28,106 nt of DNA from Candidatus Methylomirabilis limnetica (GTDB lineage: Bacteria > Methylomirabilota > Methylomirabilia > Methylomirabilales > Methylomirabilaceae). Positions within the stretch are counted from its first letter, which is position 1. The number at the start of each line of letters is the position of its first letter. The notes below the pieces were generated by a model. The model did no database searches. It was not told the origin of the DNA and saw only the letters and a program-made list of their open reading frames with translations. This document shows positions 16,634 through 24,827 of the stretch, one piece after another. The position numbers were made by a program, and so were the translations under genes. The stretch is from NCBI RefSeq assembly GCF_003044035.1, contig NZ_NVQC01000025.1:1-28106 (forward strand), given 5' to 3'.

Positions 16634-16662
16634 CTGATAGAAACAAACAGCCTTACTATACC
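16634..16662 (+). promoter_or_regulatory. Module copy B, promoter-like: CTGATA-17 nt-TATACC
   Basis: This is a degenerate version of copies A and C at the homologous position. A perfect TATAAT also occurs at 16610-16615. Confidence 0.35.
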
Positions 16663-16790
16663 CTAGCCAGCAAATGTAATACATTATCAATACACCACAA
16701 TCATAAAAATCAAATCAAAGGTCAGGTTAGCTTGAGAATGTCCGCTCAATAGGGGTAGAATAAAGACCCAGTTGAGAGGAGGCAAGAGGC

Positions 16791-17215
16791 ATGGTTGAAG
16801 GCAAGAAGCGAATGACGGCAACGCGGAAGCTGGAGGTATACATAGAGATGTGCTGGAAGAACGCCAACGCGGGAGAGATCCTGCGGCGGTATTGGCTCCA
16901 CCTGAACGACCTCCGGCGGATCGAGATGTTGGTGGAGCTGGCAGCCCTTACGGCGCTCAATGGGAGCCGCCGAAGGCCTGGGGCAGATCCCCAGGCGGAC
17001 AGAGAATATGCCTAACTCGCGGCAGAGCTGGCGCAAACGGAGAATACTCTGGCCGAGTTGACCGTGGAGTACACCCTGCGCAAAAAAAGCGAGCGCTCGG
17101 GTTGGAAGGGTTCCTCGATGGCATCTACCTCCATAGCGGAGTGCGGGAGGCGCTGATCATGGCGACCAAGGACGCCATCGCGGGCGGGTTGACCGAGCGG
17201 GCGGGTAGAGGTTAT
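16791..17215 (+). pseudogene. IS3-family OrfA-like (HTH) transposase remnant with internal stop and frameshift
   Basis: GEILRRYWLHLNDLRRIEMLVELAALTAL then stop, then AELAQTENTLAELTVEYTLRKK and GVREALIMATKDAIAGGLTERAG in other frames. It is GC-rich and ends exactly where the AT-rich DNA begins. Confidence 0.5.
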
Positions 17216-17239
17216 GCCTCTGAGCTTTTACAGGAGGAA

Positions 17240-19153
17240 ATGAAATTGACCGTCGATAACCCTCTATATAATAGTAGGGTAATAGATACCTATATAAAGT
17301 TTGTTAAACAAAAATATGATTACGTAAATATCAGTGAATTATTAAGCTACGCAAAGATTGAGTCATATCAGGTTATAGACGAAGGCCACTGGTTTACTCA
17401 GAAACAGATAGACCTGTTTTATGAAAGGCTGGAAAAGCTAACTAAAAATAAAAACATAGCAAGGGAAGCTGGAAGATACGCGGCATCATCCGAGTCCCTG
17501 GGAGTAATGAGACAGTATATGTTGGGGTTTGTTGGCCCTGCAAAAGCTTATCAACTAATAGGAAAATATGCCCCTAAATTGGCCAAATCGTCAATTTATG
17601 AATCAAAAATAAAAACCTCTAATGGAATTGAAATTACTGTCACGCCGCTAAAAGGCGTCCACGAAAAACAATTTCAATGTGATAACAGAATCGGGTATTT
17701 TGAAGCCATTGCCTTAGCATTTAACTATAGTCTCCCTGAAATCAGACATCCTGAATGTGTCTTCAAGGGTGGGAAAGTTTGTCATTATATTATTTCATGG
17801 AAACAATCGTATTTCTCCTTCTGTAAAAAAATCAGAAATTATGCTGCCCTGTTTTTTCTCGCCGTAAGTCTCGGTGCTTCTTTCATGTATTCTTTGTCTA
17901 CGCTGATAACAATTGTACCATTTTCTGTTTTTGTTGTTCTTTCATTAACTCTCTATGCTGCAATTATCGAAAAAAAGGAATTAAATACAGCCATAGACAA
18001 CCTCAAGGTTTCGTCCGATGAGCTCATGGAACAGGTTGACGTAAATTATAACAATTCCCTAATGCTAAGTGAAATTGCACTATCTCTTAGCAAACAAATG
18101 GACATCGATATCATTTTATCTAATGCTATGAAAGTCTTGGAGGTCCGCCTTTGTTATGATCGTGGCGTGATTCTTTTAACAAATGAAGACAAGTCCCTGT
18201 TATTATTCCGCGCAGGTTTTGGTTATACTCCCGAGCAATTAAACGTTTTGAAGAACACTCAGTTTCACTTAAATATGACTGAGTCAAAGGGGCTGTTTGT
18301 TGTCTCTTTTCGTGAAAAGAAACCATTTTTAATAAATGATTTACAAGAGATAGAGGCCCACCTTTCATCTCACAGCCTGGAATTTGCAAAAAAAATGGGG
18401 GCATTATCCTTTATCTGTTGTCCAATAATCTACGAAGGAGAGTCCCTGGGAATTCTTGCCGTAGACAATACAAAGACAAAAAAACCGTTGGTCCAGAGTG
18501 ATATTAGTTTGCTTATGGGCGTTGCGCCTGAAATTGGGATGAGCATTCATAACTGCTTACTCCTGGAAGCCAAAGAACGACAATTTGAATCGATAATACA
18601 CGTCTTAGCGGCTAGCATTGATGCTCGAGACCCACTGACAGCAGGTCATTCCGAAAAGGTTACAGAATACGCCATGGGAATATGTCACGAATTAGACATA
18701 CCGAAGGAAGACCGAGAAATCATTCGTATTGCCTCATCACTGCATGATTATGGCAAGATAGGTATTAAAGATTCTATCTTAATGAAACCAGGCAAACTGG
18801 ATCCAGAAGAGCGTAAGGCAATAGAAACTCATGCGGACAAAACCAAGAAAATATTGGAACGGGTACACTTTGAAGGCGTTTATGGGGAGATTCCTAATAT
18901 TGCGGGATCACACCATGAAAAAATTGATGGCAGTGGTTACCCAAAGGGACAGAAGGGAGAAGATATTCCTCTGGGTGCTAGGATAATTGGTGTAGCTGAC
19001 TTTTTCGAAGCTATAACAGCAAAACGTCATTACAGGGACCCGATGCCCATCGATGTAGCGTTTCAACTACTCAATGAGGAGGTAGGAAAAAGTTATGACA
19101 AAAATATTGTTGATGCTTTTATTAGATATTATAACGGGAGGTTAAAGACTTAA
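17240..19153 (+). CDS. Membrane-anchored sensor protein: unknown N-terminal domain, 2 TM helices, GAF, HD-GYP c-di-GMP phosphodiesterase
   Basis: HD..HDYGKIGI..HHEKIDGSGYPKG motifs. The GAF-like block is SEIALSL...GILAVDN. The TM pair is YAALFFLAVSLGASF / IVPFSVFVVLSLTLYAAII. The start is taken at the ATG after AGGAGG; TTG 17246 is an alternative. The track ORF start 16850 fuses the IS3 remnant in frame. Confidence 0.85.
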   Translation: MKLTVDNPLYNSRVIDTYIKFVKQKYDYVNISELLSYAKIESYQVIDEGHWFTQKQIDLFYERLEKLTKNKNIAREAGRYAASSESLGVMRQYMLGFVGPAKAYQLIGKYAPKLAKSSIYESKIKTSNGIEITVTPLKGVHEKQFQCDNRIGYFEAIALAFNYSLPEIRHPECVFKGGKVCHYIISWKQSYFSFCKKIRNYAALFFLAVSLGASFMYSLSTLITIVPFSVFVVLSLTLYAAIIEKKELNTAIDNLKVSSDELMEQVDVNYNNSLMLSEIALSLSKQMDIDIILSNAMKVLEVRLCYDRGVILLTNEDKSLLLFRAGFGYTPEQLNVLKNTQFHLNMTESKGLFVVSFREKKPFLINDLQEIEAHLSSHSLEFAKKMGALSFICCPIIYEGESLGILAVDNTKTKKPLVQSDISLLMGVAPEIGMSIHNCLLLEAKERQFESIIHVLAASIDARDPLTAGHSEKVTEYAMGICHELDIPKEDREIIRIASSLHDYGKIGIKDSILMKPGKLDPEERKAIETHADKTKKILERVHFEGVYGEIPNIAGSHHEKIDGSGYPKGQKGEDIPLGARIIGVADFFEAITAKRHYRDPMPIDVAFQLLNEEVGKSYDKNIVDAFIRYYNGRLKT

Positions 19154-19175
19154 TCAAATAGTTGACAGATTTAAA

Positions 19176-19976
19176 TCAAGCAACAGGCTTACGTCCCCTG
19201 CAACAAATTACTGGCGTGTAAGTAAATCTTCTCGGATCGATAAAAAATCTATTAAATTCCCCTAAAAACTCTTCGTATCCTCCATCATATTCTTCAAAAT
19301 TGAAATTTACCTTCTTTGAGATAACTTCAAACTTCTTTGTCCAGTTGTAGGCATCAATGTCGTTTAATTCCCCAAATATCAGGTGATGAGCGGTAACATC
19401 CATGTTTATATCCTGATAGCCAAGATCATACAGGAAAGAATAAAGTTTTCTCCCTACATACGGATCGAAGTCTGCATTTTCCTCTAAATATTTTATAACG
19501 GCAAAAATGGTTCTTTCCAGCCTTGGTGAAATGCCAAAATGGCTTAAACAATTATGGTCTAAATCAACCAGGCACAAAATACCACCTGGCTTTATAAGCT
19601 TAGTTACATTTTTAACGATGTCAAAACTGCTAGAAAGGTAATACTCTAAAGCAAAACGCATCCAGACAAAGTCAAACATCTCCTCACCGCCAAGGGACTT
19701 TCGTATATCTCTACGCCTAAATGTTATCCCTTTATCGTTATAGCGTTCTTTAGCATATTCAATTCTCTTTTCTGAACCATCGAATCCGATTGCCACTCCA
19801 CCAGGTTGAACTAATTTATGTAATATAGAAGTTACTTTTCCTGAACCACAGCACATATCAGCAACGTGCATACCTGGCTTAATACCAGCCCAAAGAGCTT
19901 GCTGCTCAACAACTCTACTATTTGTTTTAATATCCAGACGGAAAGCCTCTTCTTCATTTTCCATTAAGTATTCCAT
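19176..19976 (-). CDS. Class I SAM-dependent methyltransferase
   Basis: Motif I VADMCCGSGKV, an acidic loop GFDGSE, and motif IV-like LIKPGGILCLVD. The substrate cannot be inferred. Confidence 0.8.
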   Translation of the reverse strand: MEYLMENEEEAFRLDIKTNSRVVEQQALWAGIKPGMHVADMCCGSGKVTSILHKLVQPGGVAIGFDGSEKRIEYAKERYNDKGITFRRRDIRKSLGGEEMFDFVWMRFALEYYLSSSFDIVKNVTKLIKPGGILCLVDLDHNCLSHFGISPRLERTIFAVIKYLEENADFDPYVGRKLYSFLYDLGYQDINMDVTAHHLIFGELNDIDAYNWTKKFEVISKKVNFNFEEYDGGYEEFLGEFNRFFIDPRRFTYTPVICCRGRKPVA

Positions 19977-20109
19977 AACCCCCCATCCTTTATGCTCTCA
20001 GGTGGTTTAGATCGATACCGGAAATATTTTTGTGATTATATCACTACTTACCATCCCCTGCTTTTCGATGTACAATATCTATACAAAATAATACCATGTA
20101 AAATAACTA

Positions 20110-20138
20110 TTGACAACTAAAAACAGCCTTACTACACT
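20110..20138 (+). promoter_or_regulatory. Sigma70-type promoter, module copy C: TTGACA-17 nt-TACACT
   Basis: Counted directly. It lies ~60 nt upstream of the ATG at 20199 and is part of the conserved module 20046-20190. Confidence 0.55.
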
Positions 20139-20198
20139 TAAAGCCATCAAAAGCAATGCCTTATCAAATAAAACAATCAACCCTGATCAGAGGTGGCA

Positions 20199-22382
20199 AT
20201 GGATAAACTCCAAAGAATTGCTAAGCTTTCCTACTATACCGACCCAGATAAGGGACTGGAAGAAAGAAAGAAGATCTCCAGAAAACGCCTAAGAAACACC
20301 CTGAACCATATTAATTTTCAAACTGGCACAATACTTATAAATTTCAAACACCTAAAGTATGATACTGTCCTATCTCTTCAAGCCAATCCACAGCCATGTC
20401 TTGAAAATAGTTTGGAATGTTTGTGGATTGAACCAGCAGGACTAAAACAGAAATTGAGTTCTTACAAATTTCTAAATTTTCTACTTACAGATGATCTAGC
20501 GCTTATTCTTGTTGAAGCTGCCTTAAAGGAAATAAGTGAGGAAGGAATTAGCTTCAGCCTCCCTGAAATTTGTTACGAGCTTAGCTATCGCAAGGTAAGA
20601 AGGCATTTATGCAAGGGTATTCAGGTTGATCTCATTCAAAACAGTGTAATATTTTACGGAACTCTTTTGAACTTTAGCGCTGTCTCGTTCTGTATAGAAG
20701 TATCAACTGAGCCATCCCAACCATTTCATTGGGTTAATCCTGAAGATACGGTATATGTTACATTCAAAAATAAACAGGATATCCTGTATTCAGGAGAATG
20801 CAGGATAATCCGACAAACGTATGGCCAAAAAAAGAGCGTCTTTATAGTAGAACCTGTAAACGATCAGATACGCAGATTTAAGACAAAAGAGTTTCGAAGC
20901 TCTCGACACAAATTATCACCCTCACCAAATATTAACTTTATACATCCTTTTACTCAGAAACTTATCAACATGGAAGTTGAAGATCTGACAGGTTCTGGTT
21001 TTTCTGTTGAGGAAGACATAGACAATGCTGTGCTTTTGGTCGGAATGATTATCCCGGAACTGTACATAGAAATAGGCTATGATTTTAAAATCAGATGCAA
21101 GTCCCAGGTTGTTAATAGAAATGTTCATACAGCCAACGATTGCAAAACTCTCGCGAAATGTGGAATGACCGTTTTAGATATGGACATCCAAGAACAAGTA
21201 AGACTTTCGAGTTATTTACAGCAGGCGGAAAATAAAAAGGCCTTTGTTTGCAACAGGGTGGACATAGATGCGCTGTGGAAGTTCTTTTTCGAGACAGGCT
21301 TTATCTATCCTAAAAAATATGCTCTTATGTCCGCTGACAAGGAAAAGTTTAAAGCAACTTATGAGAAGCTTTATGTCGAAAATCCCCATATAGCCAGACA
21401 TTTCGTATGCCAAGATAAAGGTATAATTCAAGCGCATGTATCGATAATCCGTTTTTATGAAGAGACATGGCTACTTCACAACCATGCCTCCCTCAGATCA
21501 GGACATGGCAATACCGGACTTGTTGTGATGAGGCAGGTTGAACGTTATATAAACGATTTTCACCGTCTCTATTCAGCACACATGAATTTTGTCGGTTGTT
21601 ATTTCAGACCAGATAATAAGTTTCCTATGCGTGTGTTTGGAGGGTGTGCCAGAGAAATCAATAATCCAAAGGCATGTTCCGTTGATTCCTTTGTCTATTT
21701 CTGTTTTCCAAGAGCTGGCACACAACCTGATCTACCGGAAGCATTGACATTAACTAAAACCCAGCCCGAAGACCTTTTAGAGCTGGAAACTTTTTATGAA
21801 TATGAATCCGGAGGTCTGATGCTTCAAGCCCTGGATTTAACGCCGGAAATGATTGATAATGATAATCTCAGTAAAGAATTTAACAAGCTTGGTTTCAAAA
21901 GGGAAAGGATTCTTTTTTCTTTGAAGAAAAATGATGTTCTAAGGGCAGTTATAGCGGTAAATGTCTCTGATATCGGCTTGAACCTGTCTAACCTGACGAA
22001 TTGCTTCCACGTTATTATCCTGGACGCTAAAGATCTCCCCGTTAACATAATTTATATCTGCCTCTCCATGCTATCAAAATATTATGAGCAGCAGGATGAA
22101 ATTCCTGTTTTATTGTATCCCGTTAGCTATGCGCAAAGCCACTCCGTAGCCTATGAAAAAATACATACCCTATGGATGTTGAATACACAATATGGTGATC
22201 AATACTTCAAATATATGGAGAATTTATTTCACCATAGGCATGATGATGAAGAGGCTCAATGTTCTATAGCTTACCCCGATATGGACGATACGAGAAGGCG
22301 GAGTGAGAAGCATGGGAGGTCGTTGCGCATTATCACTAAGGATGGGATTGACTCCCAACATGAAAACGAAGACGGACGCTAA
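20199..22382 (+). CDS. Large cytoplasmic protein: tandem degenerate PilZ-like domains plus an unrecognised ~390-aa C-terminal region
   Basis: Three motif pairs are visible: RKVRR(H) then NFSAVS 23 aa later (20589-20687); RSSRH then DLTGSG 26 aa later (20892-20999); and an N-terminal RKRLR with EISEEG. No TM helices or catalytic motifs were recognised. GAGG lies 5 nt before ATG 20199; the track start is GTG 20193. Confidence 0.5.
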   Translation: MDKLQRIAKLSYYTDPDKGLEERKKISRKRLRNTLNHINFQTGTILINFKHLKYDTVLSLQANPQPCLENSLECLWIEPAGLKQKLSSYKFLNFLLTDDLALILVEAALKEISEEGISFSLPEICYELSYRKVRRHLCKGIQVDLIQNSVIFYGTLLNFSAVSFCIEVSTEPSQPFHWVNPEDTVYVTFKNKQDILYSGECRIIRQTYGQKKSVFIVEPVNDQIRRFKTKEFRSSRHKLSPSPNINFIHPFTQKLINMEVEDLTGSGFSVEEDIDNAVLLVGMIIPELYIEIGYDFKIRCKSQVVNRNVHTANDCKTLAKCGMTVLDMDIQEQVRLSSYLQQAENKKAFVCNRVDIDALWKFFFETGFIYPKKYALMSADKEKFKATYEKLYVENPHIARHFVCQDKGIIQAHVSIIRFYEETWLLHNHASLRSGHGNTGLVVMRQVERYINDFHRLYSAHMNFVGCYFRPDNKFPMRVFGGCAREINNPKACSVDSFVYFCFPRAGTQPDLPEALTLTKTQPEDLLELETFYEYESGGLMLQALDLTPEMIDNDNLSKEFNKLGFKRERILFSLKKNDVLRAVIAVNVSDIGLNLSNLTNCFHVIILDAKDLPVNIIYICLSMLSKYYEQQDEIPVLLYPVSYAQSHSVAYEKIHTLWMLNTQYGDQYFKYMENLFHHRHDDEEAQCSIAYPDMDDTRRRSEKHGRSLRIITKDGIDSQHENEDGR

Positions 22383-22398
22383 GAGAGGGCGTTTTACT

Positions 22399-23697
22399 AT
22401 GAATCAAAAAGTATTATGGAGAGGAATAGCTGTTTATGTACTTATATTCTTTGTCTTTTGTACTACCTCAAATGCTTATGGCTCTGGCTTTGCAATCTTT
22501 ACACAGGGTGCATCGGCTTTAGGTCAGGCAGATGCTGTAATTGCGCACGCAGATGACCCCTCGGCGATTTTCTTCAATCCCGCATTGATTAATAAACTCG
22601 AAGGAACACAAATAGAACTAGGAACAACCCTGCTCTTCCCTTCGCAGGAATTTAAAAGTGCTGCAACGGGAAATTCATTTCGAACAGAAAGTCAGGTGTT
22701 TTACCCACCCACAGTTTTTGTTACCCATAAGTTCAATGATAAGATCAGCGCGGGTTTGGGTGTCTTTAGTCCTTTCGGACTAGGGATTAACTGGGGTAAT
22801 AGCTGGGAAGGAAGATACATAGCAACCGACTCAGAAATGATAACTTTTAATATCAATCCCGTAGTTTCATACAAGGTAACACCTGATTTTACATTTGCTG
22901 CAGGGGTGGATTTCCTTCTCCTTGACACAACGTTAAAAAAGAGTCTAAACCTGTCGGGCTTGGCGAGCGCTGTCCCTAGTCTTGGCCTTCCTGCCGGCCT
23001 TCCGGACGGTAGACAAAAATTTAAGGGTGATGGACATGGTGTTGGATATAATTTTGGAATTCTGTATGACGTCAATAAAGACATTTCGTTCGGCGCCTCA
23101 TACAGAAGCGAAATCAAAGTGGACATTGATGGTGATTCCACCTTTACTCTTCCGAGCCCCTCACTCGGAGCTCTATTTCCAAATACTTCCGGCAATTCAC
23201 ATATTACGCTTCCACGAGTAGTCCAGGCTGGCGTCGCTTACAAAGGTTTTAATCGACTGACGCTAGAAACTGGTATGAGATGGGAAGGCTGGTCATCATT
23301 CAAAGAATTAAGGATCAACCTCGATAAACCTGTTTTAGGCAGTACCACGTCCATCACAGAAAAAAACTGGCATGATACGTACTCTGCAAATCTTGGGGTA
23401 AAATATCAACTGAATGACACGGTTGCATTGCTTGCCGGATACTTATATGGAGGAAATCCAGTACCTGATAAGACATTTGACCCTATTGTCCCAGATGCGA
23501 CTACACACCTTTTCACCGTTGGAACAAATGTAAAATATAAGAACATGAGAATTGACCTATCATATGGTTATCAATTGCTGGAGGGGAGGAGTAAAAACAA
23601 TACGGTTGCTGATCCATTGAATCCTTTCAACAACGCCAACGGAAGGTATAATACAGATATTCATCTGTTCGGTATCAGTCTAACGTATAAAATATAG
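22399..23697 (+). CDS. Outer-membrane transport protein, OmpP1/FadL/TodX family
   Basis: Signal peptide [15 protein letters not shown], then [37 protein letters not shown] (the FadL-family N-terminal hatch signature) and an alternating beta-strand pattern. The start is taken at MNQKVLW, with an RBS-like AAGAGAGGG (22381-22389) 9 nt upstream. It begins 17 nt after the previous stop. Confidence 0.85.
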   Translation: MNQKVLWRGIAVYVLIFFVFCTTSNAYGSGFAIFTQGASALGQADAVIAHADDPSAIFFNPALINKLEGTQIELGTTLLFPSQEFKSAATGNSFRTESQVFYPPTVFVTHKFNDKISAGLGVFSPFGLGINWGNSWEGRYIATDSEMITFNINPVVSYKVTPDFTFAAGVDFLLLDTTLKKSLNLSGLASAVPSLGLPAGLPDGRQKFKGDGHGVGYNFGILYDVNKDISFGASYRSEIKVDIDGDSTFTLPSPSLGALFPNTSGNSHITLPRVVQAGVAYKGFNRLTLETGMRWEGWSSFKELRINLDKPVLGSTTSITEKNWHDTYSANLGVKYQLNDTVALLAGYLYGGNPVPDKTFDPIVPDATTHLFTVGTNVKYKNMRIDLSYGYQLLEGRSKNNTVADPLNPFNNANGRYNTDIHLFGISLTYKI

Positions 23698-23730
23698 GCT
23701 CTTCTCCCAAACGAGTGGGTAGATTTTCAG
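23697..23730 (+). repeat. ISL3-like terminal sequence, copy 2 (GGCTCTTCTCCCAAACGAGTGGGTAGATTTTCAG)
   Basis: It starts on the last base of the OMP TAG stop and marks the AT-rich/GC-rich boundary. It is homologous to 13564-13597 in the same orientation. Confidence 0.45.
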
Positions 23731-24704
23731 TCTTTTTAGATCTCCGGGAGCATGCACGTAAGGATTTTCAGGCGCAGGTACTCCTCGAGCATATCGCCCG
23801 CTCTGTCCCAAGGCCCTCTCGCCTCCAGATCCATCCCCCAACCTGCGAGGTGTGCGGCTATCGCTTCAAGGACCGGGCGAAGTTCAATGATCCTTCCTAC
23901 GAGGTCTGCCGCCGCCTGAAACAGGAGCCGCCGACCCGCTTGATACCGATCGTCTTGCTCACGGCTCTAGCGGCGGAAGAAGCCCGGATCCGAGGGATCG
24001 AGGCGGGGGCTGATGACTTCATCACAAAGCCGTTCAGTCGGGCGGAGTTGAAGGCCCGCGTCCGCTCGCTGCTCAGGCTCAAGAAGTTTACCGACGAGTT
24101 GGAGCACGCCGAGGCCATGTTGCTCGCGCTGGGCCGAACCGTAGAGGCAAAGGACCCGTACACCCAGGGACACTGCGAGCGACTGGCGGCCTACTCGGTC
24201 GCCCTTGGACGGAAGCTTGGCCTGCCACCGGAGGAGCTGACAGCCCTGGACAGAGGCGGGACCCTGCACGATCTGGGGAAGATTGGGATCCCGGATGCGA
24301 TTCTGTTGAAACCCAGCGGCCTCAGCGAGGTGGAGTGGGTGATCATGCGCGAGCATACGGTGATCGGCGAGCGAATCTGCCAGTCGCTACGATCATTACA
24401 GCGAGTTCTGCCGATCATCCGCCATCACCATGAGCGATGGGACGGGAGCGGTTACCCTGATGGCCTTGCGGGCGAGGCGATCCCTCTCACGGCGAGAATC
24501 CTGCAGGTCGCTAACATCTTCGATGCGCTGAGGTCCGCGCGACCATACAAGCCTGCCTGGTCGCTACAAACCGCGTGCGATACCCTGCGGGATGAGGTGG
24601 CACGCGGCTGGCGTGATCCAGGCGTGGCTGAGCCATTCATCGAGCTGGTCGAGCTGGGCGGGCTGTCGGAGGCCCCGGAGCCTGCCGGTGGAGCAGGGGT
24701 ATAA
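23715..24704 (+). CDS. Chimeric, N-terminally decapitated response regulator-HD-GYP (RpfG-like) protein
   Basis: Residues after the repeat junction start mid-receiver ([24 protein letters not shown]), so the phospho-acceptor Asp region is missing. The HD-GYP domain is intact ([22 protein letters not shown]). The 5' ~60 codons derive from the IR-like sequence plus the Zn-ribbon gene duplicate. Confidence 0.65.
   Translation: MGRFSVFLDLREHARKDFQAQVLLEHIARSVPRPSRLQIHPPTCEVCGYRFKDRAKFNDPSYEVCRRLKQEPPTRLIPIVLLTALAAEEARIRGIEAGADDFITKPFSRAELKARVRSLLRLKKFTDELEHAEAMLLALGRTVEAKDPYTQGHCERLAAYSVALGRKLGLPPEELTALDRGGTLHDLGKIGIPDAILLKPSGLSEVEWVIMREHTVIGERICQSLRSLQRVLPIIRHHHERWDGSGYPDGLAGEAIPLTARILQVANIFDALRSARPYKPAWSLQTACDTLRDEVARGWRDPGVAEPFIELVELGGLSEAPEPAGGAGV
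23783..23897 (+). repeat. 115-bp direct repeat, copy 2
   Basis: 113 of 115 nt are identical to 12469-12583. Confidence 0.95.
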
Positions 24705-24827
24705 TAGCTATCCGGGACTGCAGTACTCGCAGGCGCATTTTCCAGGCCAACCCGGACAACGTGCGGTTGACATTCACTGCGACGGTGGATTATTCGAATG
24801 AATATCTAGTCAAGGCGGGGCAGCGGG

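Noticed and set aside
16850-17239. N-terminal 130 aa of the 767-aa track ORF as a genuine part of the HD-GYP protein
   Set aside because: This part is GC-rich and overlaps a decayed IS3 OrfA-like gene in another frame. The composition switches at 17216, and a strong SD plus ATG occurs at 17240.
20110-20292. 60-aa ORF starting in the promoter module upstream of the 729-aa gene
   Set aside because: It starts at the -35 hexamer, is out of frame with the long ORF, and is AT-rich low-complexity sequence.
24766-24800. TTGACA-17-TTATTC as a promoter for the truncated kinase fragment
   Set aside because: The -10 is poor and the downstream gene is a fragment. The evidence is insufficient.
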